A stretch of DNA of 18,502 nt from Gemmatimonadota bacterium (GTDB lineage: Bacteria > Gemmatimonadota > Gemmatimonadetes > Gemmatimonadales > GWC2-71-9). The position numbers were made by a program, and so were the translations under genes. Each line of letters starts with the position of its first letter. The first letter of the stretch is position 1. Under the pieces are notes generated by a model, which ran no database searches, was not told where the DNA came from, and saw only the letters and a program-made list of their open reading frames with translations. Below are positions 8,268 to 16,880 of this stretch, one piece after another. Where the stretch lies: assembly GCA_003221005.1 (NCBI GenBank), contig QHTZ01000106.1, positions 1-18,502 of the forward strand, in the 5' to 3' direction.

Positions 8268-9757
8268 CGGATCCACTGCACCAACAGGCCCTTGACGTCG
8301 GCCCAGTCTCCCGCCCCACCCGTGATGCTGTGGGCCGGGCGGCGCGCCAGCGCGAGCCCGGCGAGCCCCACCGCGGTGAACAACAGGTTCGCCGTCCACA
8401 TGGCGAAGAACGGCGACACCACGCCGCGGTCTCCCAGCTCCTCGCCTCCGATCAGGCCGATGTAGTAAATCGTGAACACCACGAGGCTCATCCCGATCAC
8501 GAGCCCGATCCCCCCGCGCGGGAAGCGGATCGCCACGGGAACGCCGAGCAGCGTGAACACGATGCATGCCACGGCGAGCGCGTACTTCTTGTAGATCTCG
8601 ATCTCGAATGAGGCCTGGCGGGCCCGCGCGCCCTGGCGGTGCGCGGCTGCGGCGGCGGTGACCCCGGCAGAGACCAGCGGGGCACGGGGGACGGCGGCGG
8701 GGGGAGGTGGCAGCCGCGGCGGCGCCACCCGATGTCCGCGCGGTGGCGCGGGCGTCTGCGCCGCCGCCGCTCGGGGGCCCAGCCATACGCCGATGGCGCG
8801 CAGCAGGTGGCAGTACGGGCCGACGGGCGTAGAGTCGGGGGGAGCGGGCGCGAGCGGCGGGGGCGCAGGGGCGAGCCCGGCGAGACGGCGCAGGTCATTG
8901 CCGACCGCGATCACCGCCTCGCTGTCGGCCCGCTCGGCCACGCGCTCCGTCTCCTTGACCACCTGCCGCATGTCGCACACCGACATCTCCCGGTCGGAGC
9001 GATAGGTATCGTTCTCGGTGCGTTCCAGGGTGTTACCGACGCCCGCCACGCGGATGCGGTTGGTGCGGTAGTGGGTGCGGTTGAACTGGGTCGGGTCGGT
9101 GCGGTTCACCTGCCGCGTGTCGCCGTCGAGCAGGGTGAGGTACAGGTCGCGGCCGCCCGGGGTATAAGCCATCTGTCCGCTGTCGGCGCTGATGATGCGG
9201 CGCCGCTCGGCGTCCTCCAGATCGTAGATCGTCACATCCTTCAGCCGGTTCGACGCGGGGTCGATCCGCGCGGCGCGCAGGAAGAATTGGCCCGCGACGA
9301 CCTCGTTGATGACCTGCTCCCGGAGACTGAAGGAGGGCTTCTTGCGCTGGATGTCCATCAGCAGCATCCGGAGCTGATGATTCGCGCGGGGCAGGACCTG
9401 GTCGTTCCACAGGAACGCGAGCACCGCCACGCACGTCGCGCCGCCCAGCACCGGCGCGAGCAACCGCCCGACGCTCACTCCCCCCGCCTTCATCGCCGTG
9501 ATCTCGTTGTCCGCCGCGAGGTGGGTGAACACGTACAGGACCGCGACGAGGACGGCCATCGGCAGCGTCGTGGCGACGATGAACGGGATCGACAGCACGA
9601 ACACTTCGACGATCACGCCCCAGGGGAGGCCCTTCCCGACGAGGTTGCCGAGCTGTTTGGCGACCTGCTGGATCAGGAGGAAGCAGGTCAGCGCGGCGAG
9701 AGCGAAGACCAGCGGTGCGAGGTGCTGGCGCAACACGTAACGGCTGAGGATGCGCAC
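8252..9757 (-). CDS. lptF: LPS export ABC transporter permease LptF (YjgP/YjgQ family) with a Pro/Ala-rich insertion (~501 aa)
   Basis: RILSRYVLRQH start, LAADNEITAMKAGGVS motif, EIYKKYALAVAC and AMWTANLLF. GTG at 9757 is preferred because the ATG at 9772 overlaps a perfect -10 box. Confidence 0.87.
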   Translation of the reverse strand: MRILSRYVLRQHLAPLVFALAALTCFLLIQQVAKQLGNLVGKGLPWGVIVEVFVLSIPFIVATTLPMAVLVAVLYVFTHLAADNEITAMKAGGVSVGRLLAPVLGGATCVAVLAFLWNDQVLPRANHQLRMLLMDIQRKKPSFSLREQVINEVVAGQFFLRAARIDPASNRLKDVTIYDLEDAERRRIISADSGQMAYTPGGRDLYLTLLDGDTRQVNRTDPTQFNRTHYRTNRIRVAGVGNTLERTENDTYRSDREMSVCDMRQVVKETERVAERADSEAVIAVGNDLRRLAGLAPAPPPLAPAPPDSTPVGPYCHLLRAIGVWLGPRAAAAQTPAPPRGHRVAPPRLPPPPAAVPRAPLVSAGVTAAAAAHRQGARARQASFEIEIYKKYALAVACIVFTLLGVPVAIRFPRGGIGLVIGMSLVVFTIYYIGLIGGEELGDRGVVSPFFAMWTANLLFTAVGLAGLALARRPAHSITGGAGDWADVKGLLVQWIRWTRR

Positions 9758-9770
9758 GGTCAGTCGCGCC

Positions 9771-9799
9771 ATTATATTCGCACCTCCACGGCTCTACAA
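9771..9799 (-). promoter_or_regulatory. Sigma70-type promoter for lptFG, overlapping an opposite-strand -10 pointing toward sprA
   Basis: Minus strand: TTGTAG (9799-9794), 17 bp, TATAAT (9776-9771). Plus strand: TATATT at 9773-9778. Confidence 0.65.
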
Positions 9800-9869
9800 G
9801 TGCCGTTCCAACCTATCGTGTCACGGCACATCGGTCCTGGAGTTTCCGGGAAACGCGTTGGAACGGCAC
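9800..9869. repeat. Perfect 13-bp inverted repeat upstream of sprA
   Basis: GTGCCGTTCCAAC (9800-9812) and GTTGGAACGGCAC (9857-9869), 44 nt apart. A partial third copy ACGGCAC sits at 9823-9829. Confidence 0.8.
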
Positions 9870-9874
9870 CAGGG

Positions 9875-12800
9875 ATGGCGCGCCCCGTCCTGGCCGGTCT
9901 GCTCACCCTGGCGCTCGTCATACCCCAGGCCCATGCGCAGGATCGAGCCGCGGCTCCTCCCGCGTTTCATGCGTCATTTCACGCCGCGCCGCTCGTCCCG
10001 CCGCGCAATCCTGCGCTCGCGCCCGGCGGGCGACTTGGCCCGCGCACGTCGCCCGCGCTCGTCGCCGCCGCCTGGGAAGCGGAGGTGCGCGCGTCGCTGC
10101 CCCGGGGCCTGAATCCAAGCACGCTCGCCGCCGCAGCGGGCGCGGCGGCGCCCGAGGCGCCAGGCGCGCCGCCGCTCGCTCCCCGTCTCCCTCCCCCCCG
10201 CCCGGGCGGACTGCTCGGTCCCTACGCGGACCTCGGGATGCAGCTGAACCTGCGCTTCGAGCTCAAGGCCGACCGCTTCCAGAACCTGCGCTGCACCGCG
10301 TTCGATCAGCTCCAGGCGCTGTCCGGGTGCAATGCCGGGTTCCCCACCATCACCCCCACGCCGCAGTACTCGGTTCGCACCGCCGGCACCGTGGCGCAGC
10401 GGTTGCACGTGAAGGTGGACTTCGACAGCCAGCGCGAGTTCGACGCCAACAACAACCTCCAGGTCTGGTACGAGGGGCTCGAGGACGAAGTCCTCCGGCG
10501 GGTGGAGGCCGGCAACGTGACGTTCCAGATGCCACGCTCGCGCTTCATCACGGCCGCCATTCCGGCCAACAACTTCGGCGTCCAGGCGATCGGTCAGGTG
10601 GGGCCGCTCGAGCTGCGCGGCATCTTCGCGCAGCAGAAGGGCAACATCGTCCAGGACCGTACGTACACCATCGGCGAGACTGCCACGGAGCCGCTCGACC
10701 GGCTGGCGCGCGACCTCGATTACGAGCAGGGCCGCTTCTTCTTTGCCGTTGACCCCGCGGCGTTTTCGGGATATCCGGCGCTCGATGTCCTCACGCTCGA
10801 CGCGTCCGCGCTGCCACTCGAGCTTCGAGTCGGGAGCCTGCGGGTGTACCGGCTGCGGGCGGTGTCGCCGACGTCGATCGCCCAGCAGAACATCGGCGGC
10901 GTGCGGGCGGTGGCGTGCGGGGCCGGCGCCACCGAGCCCGTTGATTGCGCGGTCCAGCGCGCCGGCCCCTTCCAGTGGGAGGTGCTCCAGGAAGGAAAGG
11001 ACTACTACGTCGACCCGAGCGGCGCCTGGTTCGCGCTCGCGAGCCGCTTGGGCCAGAGCGACTACCTCGCCATGTCCTATGTTCCCGTCGGACAGACGGG
11101 ATGCGGCCCCCCTTCCGGGGGACGCTGCGTCGGCACGTTCCCGATCGTCGCCAATCCCAACCCGGCGGTGGTGGACACGCTGCGGCTCGTGTACGATCCC
11201 CGCCCCGGCACGCCGGCCACCGCGCCGTCGTTCCGGTTCGAGATCCGGAGCGCGTACCGGGTCGGTGGGAGCGAGACGACCCGAGAAACGGTCCAGCTCA
11301 CGCTGACCGTCAACCAGCGTGAGCGCGCCGTCGTCACCGGCCAGACGTACCTCGCCCTGCTCGGGCTGGCGCTCGCCTCCGACGCCACGCAGCTCGACAC
11401 CTACAACCGCCTGTTCCCGCGCGCCCGGGATCCGCAGCAGGGCGCCCCGCTGCGCGACTACTTCCTCGTGTTTCCCCACTTGGCCCCGTTCGCGGATTCC
11501 GCCAAGCTCGGGCCCACGGAGCGCAACGACTCGCTGTACCGCACGCCACGCCCGCTGCTCCCGACCCAGGGCCCGCCCTCCGTGTTCGCGCTCCGGCTGC
11601 ACGCCAACGTGTCGCTCACGGGCGACCGCGGCAGCCTGTCGCTCAACAGCTTTCAGATCCGCGACGGGAGCGAGCGGATCTACGTCGGCAGCCAGTTGCT
11701 CACGCGGGGCGTGGACTACACGATCGATTATCCGTCCGGGACGGTGACGTTCAAGAGCCCGGACTCGTTGTTCGCCGGCGGGGCGAAGCAAGTGCGCGCC
11801 CAGTTCGAAGAGCGAGCCGCGTTCGCGGTGGCGCCCACGTCCATCTTCGGCATGGCGGCGCGCTACGATCTCGGCGAGCGTGGCGAGGTGAACTTCACGG
11901 GGCTGTTCCAGCGGCAGCAGAGCGCGTTCACCCGGCCGCCGCTCGGGCTTGAGCCGTCCTCGAGCTTCATCGGCGGGGTGAGTACCGAGCTGCACTTCAA
12001 GCCCGAGTGGGTCACGCGGGCGCTCAACCTGCTGCCGGGGATCCACACCGACGCGCCCTCGTTCGTCAACGTGTCCGCCGAGGTCGCGAGATCGCAGCCG
12101 AGCCCGAACCGACTGGGGCAGGCGACGGTGGAGGACTTCGAGGGCGAGGCAGGGCGCTTCATCACGCTCGCGGATAACAGCTGGCATTGGGGGAGCGTCC
12201 CCTCGACCACGCGTGGGGCCGAGCCGTTCGGGTTCGCCGGCGTCGGGTTCGACACCACCAACACAGCCGCCCTGACCTGGCAGAGCCTCCCGTACAACAG
12301 CGACGGCACTCCAGTGCAGTTCCTCGCCCAGCAAGTCGACCCGACGATCCGCACCGTGGGCCAGGCGCAGTCCGCCGAGCCGGCGCTCTGGCTCGCCCTC
12401 AAGCCCGACACCGTGCTCGGGCTCGCCGACGCGCGAACCGGCGTGCCGAACTGGGTACGTCCACACCGGGACGGCCCACGCTGGCGCTCGATCACCCAGG
12501 GGCTCTCCGCCACGGGAATCGATCTCTCCCGTGTCGAGTACCTGGAGCTGTGGGTGTGGGAGGACAATCACCGGACCGCGAAGGCCAATGGGGCGGCGCT
12601 GCTGCTTGACTTCGGCTCCGTGTTCGAGGACGCGCTGGCGTTCGTGCCCGAAACCGTGAGCGTCTCGCCGGCGGGCGACACGACCTACTCCGGCTACCGG
12701 CGCGCGGGGGTGGGGCGACTCGACACGGAGGCGGAGCCGATCACGCACTCCTGGAGCGCGGCGATCGACGACGAGGGAATCCTCGGGGATCGCGTGGTGG

Positions 12801-15800
12801 ACGGCATCTGGAACGTGGGCGCGGGGGTCTTGATCGACACCCTGCCGCTCTGTAGCGGGACGATCAACGGCCAGGTGGGGCGGTACGGGTTCGGAGACCT
12901 GCGGTCCCGCTGCGGGCGTCATAACGGCGCCATCGACACCGAGGATCTGGACGGCGACTTCCAGCTGGACTCCGCGGCCGGGGTGCGGACGTCGGAGAGC
13001 TTCGTGCGCTACGCGTTCGCCATTGGCGACGACCGCTACTACGTCCGGGACGGCGGCATGGTCCCGGTCAAGGACAGCCTCGGCAATCCGGACGGCGCGT
13101 CGGGATGGCGCCTGTACCGGATCCCGTTTCGCACCGACACGATCATGCAGGGCACTCCCTCCCTGCGGCAGGTGCAGAGCCTCCGCCTCACCGTCGTGGC
13201 GCCCCACACGGCGCCCCCCGGGCAGCCCGATCCCCAGCTGTTCTTCGGGCTCGCGCGCGTCCGCCTCGTGGGCGCGACGTGGCTCAAGCGTGCGGACACG
13301 CCGATCCGCGGCGTGGCCGGCGAGCAGGGCACGGGGACGGGCGAGGTCGTGGCCTCGGTCGTCAGCACGGAGAACCAGGATCTCGGCTACACGCCGCCCC
13401 CGGGCGTCAGCGACGAGGCGGCGCGCGTGGACGCAAACCTCCAGGTGGGCACGACCCAGATCAACGAGCGCTCGCTCAGGCTGCTCGCGAGCGGGCTGGA
13501 GCGGGGGCAGCACGCCGAGGCCTACCTGCGGTTCACGACGGAAGGCGACAAGAACTTCCTCAGGTACCGGCGTGTGCGGGCGTGGGCCCGGGGCCGCGGT
13601 CCCGGGTGGGAGGAAGGAGACTTCGAGTTCTACCTCAAGGCCGGCAAGGACCAGAACAACTTCTACTTCTATCACGTGCCGGCCCACACGACCTCGTGGG
13701 ACCCCGAGGTCGTCGCCGACTTCAGCCGCTGGCTCGCGCTGCGGGCGTTGGTGGAGCAGGCGTGGCTGCGGGGCGAGGCGCCGCGGGTCTACCCGGGGTG
13801 CCCCGACTCGACGCTCGTGCCGTTCGACTCGGCCTACGTGATGTGCGACGGGCCGTACCTGGTCCACGTGCGGGATCCCGCGACGGCTCCGCCGAGCCTG
13901 GCCGCTGTGCAGGAGCTCGCGGTAGGCATCTGGCGCGTGGACGCGAAGGCGGTCGTCCCTCAGGCCGAGCTCTGGGTGGACGACATCCGCCTGAGCGACG
14001 TGGTACAGGATGGGGGTACCGCCGCCGCCCTGGACCTGACGCTCAGCGCCGCGAACGTGGCCGACGTCGTCCTCTCGCTGTCGCGCCGGGACGGCCAGTT
14101 CCGCCAGCTCGGCGCGGATCCGAGCTACACGACGGACAACGTCGTGAGCGTCGGCGCGACGGTGCAGCTCCAGCGGTTTCTCCCGGAGGCGTGGGGCGTG
14201 GCGATGCCGCTGTCGGTGCGCCGCGCGACGACGTCGAGCGACCCGTTCTACCTGAGCGGTACCGACATCGAGGCCGCCGAGCTTGCGGGGCTGCGGACGC
14301 CGCACAGCTCTGCGACGAGCTACAGCCTGGCGCTGCGCCACGCCCGCCGCTCAACCGGCACCCTCATGCGCTACCTCGTGGACCCGTTCGCGTTCACGGG
14401 CTCCTACACCGACGGCACGGCGCAGAGCGATCTGTCGCTCGCCTCCGCCTCGAGCTACGGCGCCAACCTCGACTACGCTCTCAACCCCGGAAGACGAGCG
14501 ATCGCCGGCTGGCGCGTCAGCCCCACGAGCCTGCGGTTCCGCTCGAGCCTCCTCGGGACGGACGGGTCGCGCTTCACCTACGCCGTCCCCATCGCCCGCG
14601 ACTCGGATGCGCTGCTCACTCCCGCGCTGTCGCGCACCAAGGTGTGGCGCAACACCGGCGGCGTGGAGTTCGTGCCCCTGAGCGGCCTGCAGCTGCGGCT
14701 CGACCTGAGCTCGCAGCGCGACCTGCGCGACTACGGGGATTCCACGAGTCTCGGCCGGCTCGCGCGCCTGGAGCGTGGCACGCTGCTGGGTCAGAACGTT
14801 GGGTTCGAGACGCAGCGGGCGATGAACACCTACCTCACGGCCACCCCGCCGGTCGGGACCTGGCTGCGGCCGCGGCTGACGCTGGGATCCTCATTCCTGT
14901 TGAGCCGGGATCCCAACGCGCGCGCCCCCGTCCGCGACATCGGCGATACGGCGGGCGGGTTTCACATTCCCACGGCGTTCAGCAACTCCCGCCGCGTGGA
15001 CGTAGGCGCGCAGCTCGATGCGCGGCGTCTCGGGCAGAAGCTGTTTGGCGACAGCGCCGCCCTGGCGCGGCTCGTGGGCCGTCTCACCAACCTCGACGTG
15101 TCCTACGGCCGCGTGTTCGGCTCCAGCTACTTCGACGCGCCGCGCGTTCCCGCGCTCGCCTACCAGCTCGGCCTGGGCGGGTTCGACAGGTTCCGCCGCC
15201 AGGACGGACTGCTCGCCGGCTCCGCGACCGACAACCTCACCCTCAATGCGGCCGGCGCCGCGCGGTTGTTGCTGGGGCTGCGGGTGAGCGGCAATTACCA
15301 GCGGACGCACGGTGAAACGTGGGTGCTCCGCGGGACGGATCAGGTTCCGCTGCAGACTACCAGCCGCGAATGGCCATCGGGGATCGCCAGCTGGAACCTG
15401 ACGCCGCCCCGCGCGGCGGGCGGCTGGCTCATCCGCGCCATCACCGCGCGGTTCACCTACCGGCGGCGCGAGACGACGATCCAGCAGAGCCTCCTGGCCG
15501 AAGTCGCCCCGTCGTTCGCCCTCACCCAGACCACCGAGCGCACCGTCGGCCCGTCCGTGTCGGTCACGTGGCTCGGGGGCGTGTCGACTTCCTACGACCT
15601 CTCGCGCATTAGGAGCGACGCGCTGAACGCGGGCAACGTGTTCCGGACCACGCGCAGCCAGGGGAACGCCAGCCTCAACTTCGCGTTTCGGCCCCCGGCG
15701 GGCGTCGTGCGGCTCAAGAACGTGATCCGGACCAGCGCTCGCTATGTCTCCACCGAGAACGTCGTGTGTCTCCAAGCGGCGGGCCAGGAGACGTGCGTGC

Positions 15801-15985
15801 CGTACGTGGACAGTCGGCAGACCCAGACGCAGCTTACCCTCGACACTGACTTCCCTCCCTCTCTGAGTGCGGGGTTTCAGATGGCGTACCTCGTGAACGA
15901 CGAACGGCAGTTCAATCACAAGACGGCGCAGCTCGTGATCACGGCGTTCGTAAACCTGTCCACCAGCGTGGGGCAGATCCGGTGA
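9875..15985 (+). CDS. sprA: SprA/Sov-like very large outer-membrane beta-barrel (type IX secretion translocon homolog, ~2036 aa)
   Basis: Signal peptide MARPVLAGLLTLALVIPQAHA|Q. Segments I recognise as SprA-family blocks occur in the expected order: YEGLEDEVLRRVEAGNV...IFAQQKG, LLTRGVDYTIDYPSGTV, AEVARSQP...VEDFEG, DTEDLDGD, WRLYRIP, ELWVDDIRLSD...GGTAA. The C-terminal third has alternating beta-strand patterns. The track start at 8639 is antisense to lptF. Confidence 0.85.
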   Translation: MARPVLAGLLTLALVIPQAHAQDRAAAPPAFHASFHAAPLVPPRNPALAPGGRLGPRTSPALVAAAWEAEVRASLPRGLNPSTLAAAAGAAAPEAPGAPPLAPRLPPPRPGGLLGPYADLGMQLNLRFELKADRFQNLRCTAFDQLQALSGCNAGFPTITPTPQYSVRTAGTVAQRLHVKVDFDSQREFDANNNLQVWYEGLEDEVLRRVEAGNVTFQMPRSRFITAAIPANNFGVQAIGQVGPLELRGIFAQQKGNIVQDRTYTIGETATEPLDRLARDLDYEQGRFFFAVDPAAFSGYPALDVLTLDASALPLELRVGSLRVYRLRAVSPTSIAQQNIGGVRAVACGAGATEPVDCAVQRAGPFQWEVLQEGKDYYVDPSGAWFALASRLGQSDYLAMSYVPVGQTGCGPPSGGRCVGTFPIVANPNPAVVDTLRLVYDPRPGTPATAPSFRFEIRSAYRVGGSETTRETVQLTLTVNQRERAVVTGQTYLALLGLALASDATQLDTYNRLFPRARDPQQGAPLRDYFLVFPHLAPFADSAKLGPTERNDSLYRTPRPLLPTQGPPSVFALRLHANVSLTGDRGSLSLNSFQIRDGSERIYVGSQLLTRGVDYTIDYPSGTVTFKSPDSLFAGGAKQVRAQFEERAAFAVAPTSIFGMAARYDLGERGEVNFTGLFQRQQSAFTRPPLGLEPSSSFIGGVSTELHFKPEWVTRALNLLPGIHTDAPSFVNVSAEVARSQPSPNRLGQATVEDFEGEAGRFITLADNSWHWGSVPSTTRGAEPFGFAGVGFDTTNTAALTWQSLPYNSDGTPVQFLAQQVDPTIRTVGQAQSAEPALWLALKPDTVLGLADARTGVPNWVRPHRDGPRWRSITQGLSATGIDLSRVEYLELWVWEDNHRTAKANGAALLLDFGSVFEDALAFVPETVSVSPAGDTTYSGYRRAGVGRLDTEAEPITHSWSAAIDDEGILGDRVVDGIWNVGAGVLIDTLPLCSGTINGQVGRYGFGDLRSRCGRHNGAIDTEDLDGDFQLDSAAGVRTSESFVRYAFAIGDDRYYVRDGGMVPVKDSLGNPDGASGWRLYRIPFRTDTIMQGTPSLRQVQSLRLTVVAPHTAPPGQPDPQLFFGLARVRLVGATWLKRADTPIRGVAGEQGTGTGEVVASVVSTENQDLGYTPPPGVSDEAARVDANLQVGTTQINERSLRLLASGLERGQHAEAYLRFTTEGDKNFLRYRRVRAWARGRGPGWEEGDFEFYLKAGKDQNNFYFYHVPAHTTSWDPEVVADFSRWLALRALVEQAWLRGEAPRVYPGCPDSTLVPFDSAYVMCDGPYLVHVRDPATAPPSLAAVQELAVGIWRVDAKAVVPQAELWVDDIRLSDVVQDGGTAAALDLTLSAANVADVVLSLSRRDGQFRQLGADPSYTTDNVVSVGATVQLQRFLPEAWGVAMPLSVRRATTSSDPFYLSGTDIEAAELAGLRTPHSSATSYSLALRHARRSTGTLMRYLVDPFAFTGSYTDGTAQSDLSLASASSYGANLDYALNPGRRAIAGWRVSPTSLRFRSSLLGTDGSRFTYAVPIARDSDALLTPALSRTKVWRNTGGVEFVPLSGLQLRLDLSSQRDLRDYGDSTSLGRLARLERGTLLGQNVGFETQRAMNTYLTATPPVGTWLRPRLTLGSSFLLSRDPNARAPVRDIGDTAGGFHIPTAFSNSRRVDVGAQLDARRLGQKLFGDSAALARLVGRLTNLDVSYGRVFGSSYFDAPRVPALAYQLGLGGFDRFRRQDGLLAGSATDNLTLNAAGAARLLLGLRVSGNYQRTHGETWVLRGTDQVPLQTTSREWPSGIASWNLTPPRAAGGWLIRAITARFTYRRRETTIQQSLLAEVAPSFALTQTTERTVGPSVSVTWLGGVSTSYDLSRIRSDALNAGNVFRTTRSQGNASLNFAFRPPAGVVRLKNVIRTSARYVSTENVVCLQAAGQETCVPYVDSRQTQTQLTLDTDFPPSLSAGFQMAYLVNDERQFNHKTAQLVITAFVNLSTSVGQIR

Positions 15986-16878
15986 CCCGGGTGCTGCGCA
16001 TCGCCGTCGCGGCCGTGCTGCTCGCCTGCCCGGCCGGGAGAGGGGCGCGCCGGCGCGAGTTCGATGGGGAGCGGGCTTTTGGCTTCCTCCAGCAGCAGCT
16101 GGCGTTCGGGCCCCGGATCCCCGGGACGCCGGGGCACGAGCGGGCGGGTGACTGGATCCTCACTCAGCTGCGCGCCGATGCCGACGCCGTCGTGATTCAG
16201 GCATTTACGCACGTCACCCGTCGCGGCGACGTGCTGCACCTGCGCAACTTTCTGGCGCGCTTCCGGCCAGCCCTGCCGGAACGCGTGCTGTTCCTCGCCC
16301 ACTGGGACACGCGGCCTCATGCCGACCAGAGTGCCAACCTGGGCGCCCAGCGCCTCCCGGTTCCCGGTGCCAACGACGGGGCGTCGGGCGTCGCGGTGCT
16401 GCTTGGCGTGGCTGGCGCGCTCAAGGTCAAGCCGCCCGCCGTGGGAGTGGACCTGCTGTTCGTCGACGGCGAGGATTACGGGGACTTCGCCGACTCGAGC
16501 GACGTGCTCATCGGCTCCCGCTACTTCGCGGCCCACCAACCCGCGGGCTATCCCCCGCTCTACGCCGTGCTGTTCGACATGGTCGGGGACAAGAGCCTCG
16601 ACATCTACTACGAGGGCAATTCGCAGACGGCTGCCCCGGAAGTCGTCGACCGCGTGTGGCGCACCGCGCATGACCTGGGATACGACCGCTACTTCCTGCC
16701 AGGCACCAAGCACACCTTGGTGGACGATCACGTCCCGCTGCAGCGGGCGGGGATTCACGCGATCGATGTCGTGGACTTCGACTACCCCTTCTGGCACACG
16801 ACCGAAGACACGATCGACAAAGTCTCGGCGGCGTCGCTGCAAATAGTCGGCGATGTTGCTGTGGCACTGGTACGGTAA
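15982..16878 (+). CDS. M28-fold zinc lipoprotein, probably a bacterial type II glutaminyl cyclase (298 aa)
   Basis: Lipobox LLA|C16. Motifs FGPRIPG, AHWDTRP, GANDGASG, DGEDYG, LFDMVG, DDH and FWHTTED. GTG start overlaps the sprA stop (GTGA). Confidence 0.85.
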   Translation: MTRVLRIAVAAVLLACPAGRGARRREFDGERAFGFLQQQLAFGPRIPGTPGHERAGDWILTQLRADADAVVIQAFTHVTRRGDVLHLRNFLARFRPALPERVLFLAHWDTRPHADQSANLGAQRLPVPGANDGASGVAVLLGVAGALKVKPPAVGVDLLFVDGEDYGDFADSSDVLIGSRYFAAHQPAGYPPLYAVLFDMVGDKSLDIYYEGNSQTAAPEVVDRVWRTAHDLGYDRYFLPGTKHTLVDDHVPLQRAGIHAIDVVDFDYPFWHTTEDTIDKVSAASLQIVGDVAVALVR

Positions 16879-16880
16879 GA

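Noticed and set aside
8679-8875. G-run clusters on the plus strand (possible G-quadruplex)
   Set aside because: Explained by proline codons (CCN) of the LptF insertion on the minus strand.
8639-9874. 412-codon N-terminal extension of the sprA ORF in the track
   Set aside because: It is antisense to lptF and crosses the promoter region; a clean signal peptide starts at ATG 9875.
9974-14341. 1455-aa ORF antisense to sprA, plus other long opposite-strand ORFs (3829-5499, 6361-7236, 14891-15919, 15916-16947, 17195-18421)
   Set aside because: Shadow frames expected from high-GC codon bias. They are rich in R/V/A/E/G, show no recognisable motifs, and overlap well-supported genes.
13105-15315. 736-aa alternative-frame ORF inside sprA (also 2416-3852 over the permease)
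   Set aside because: Same-strand off-frame ORFs with Arg/Gly/Pro-rich composition; the main frames are intact, so no frameshift is needed.
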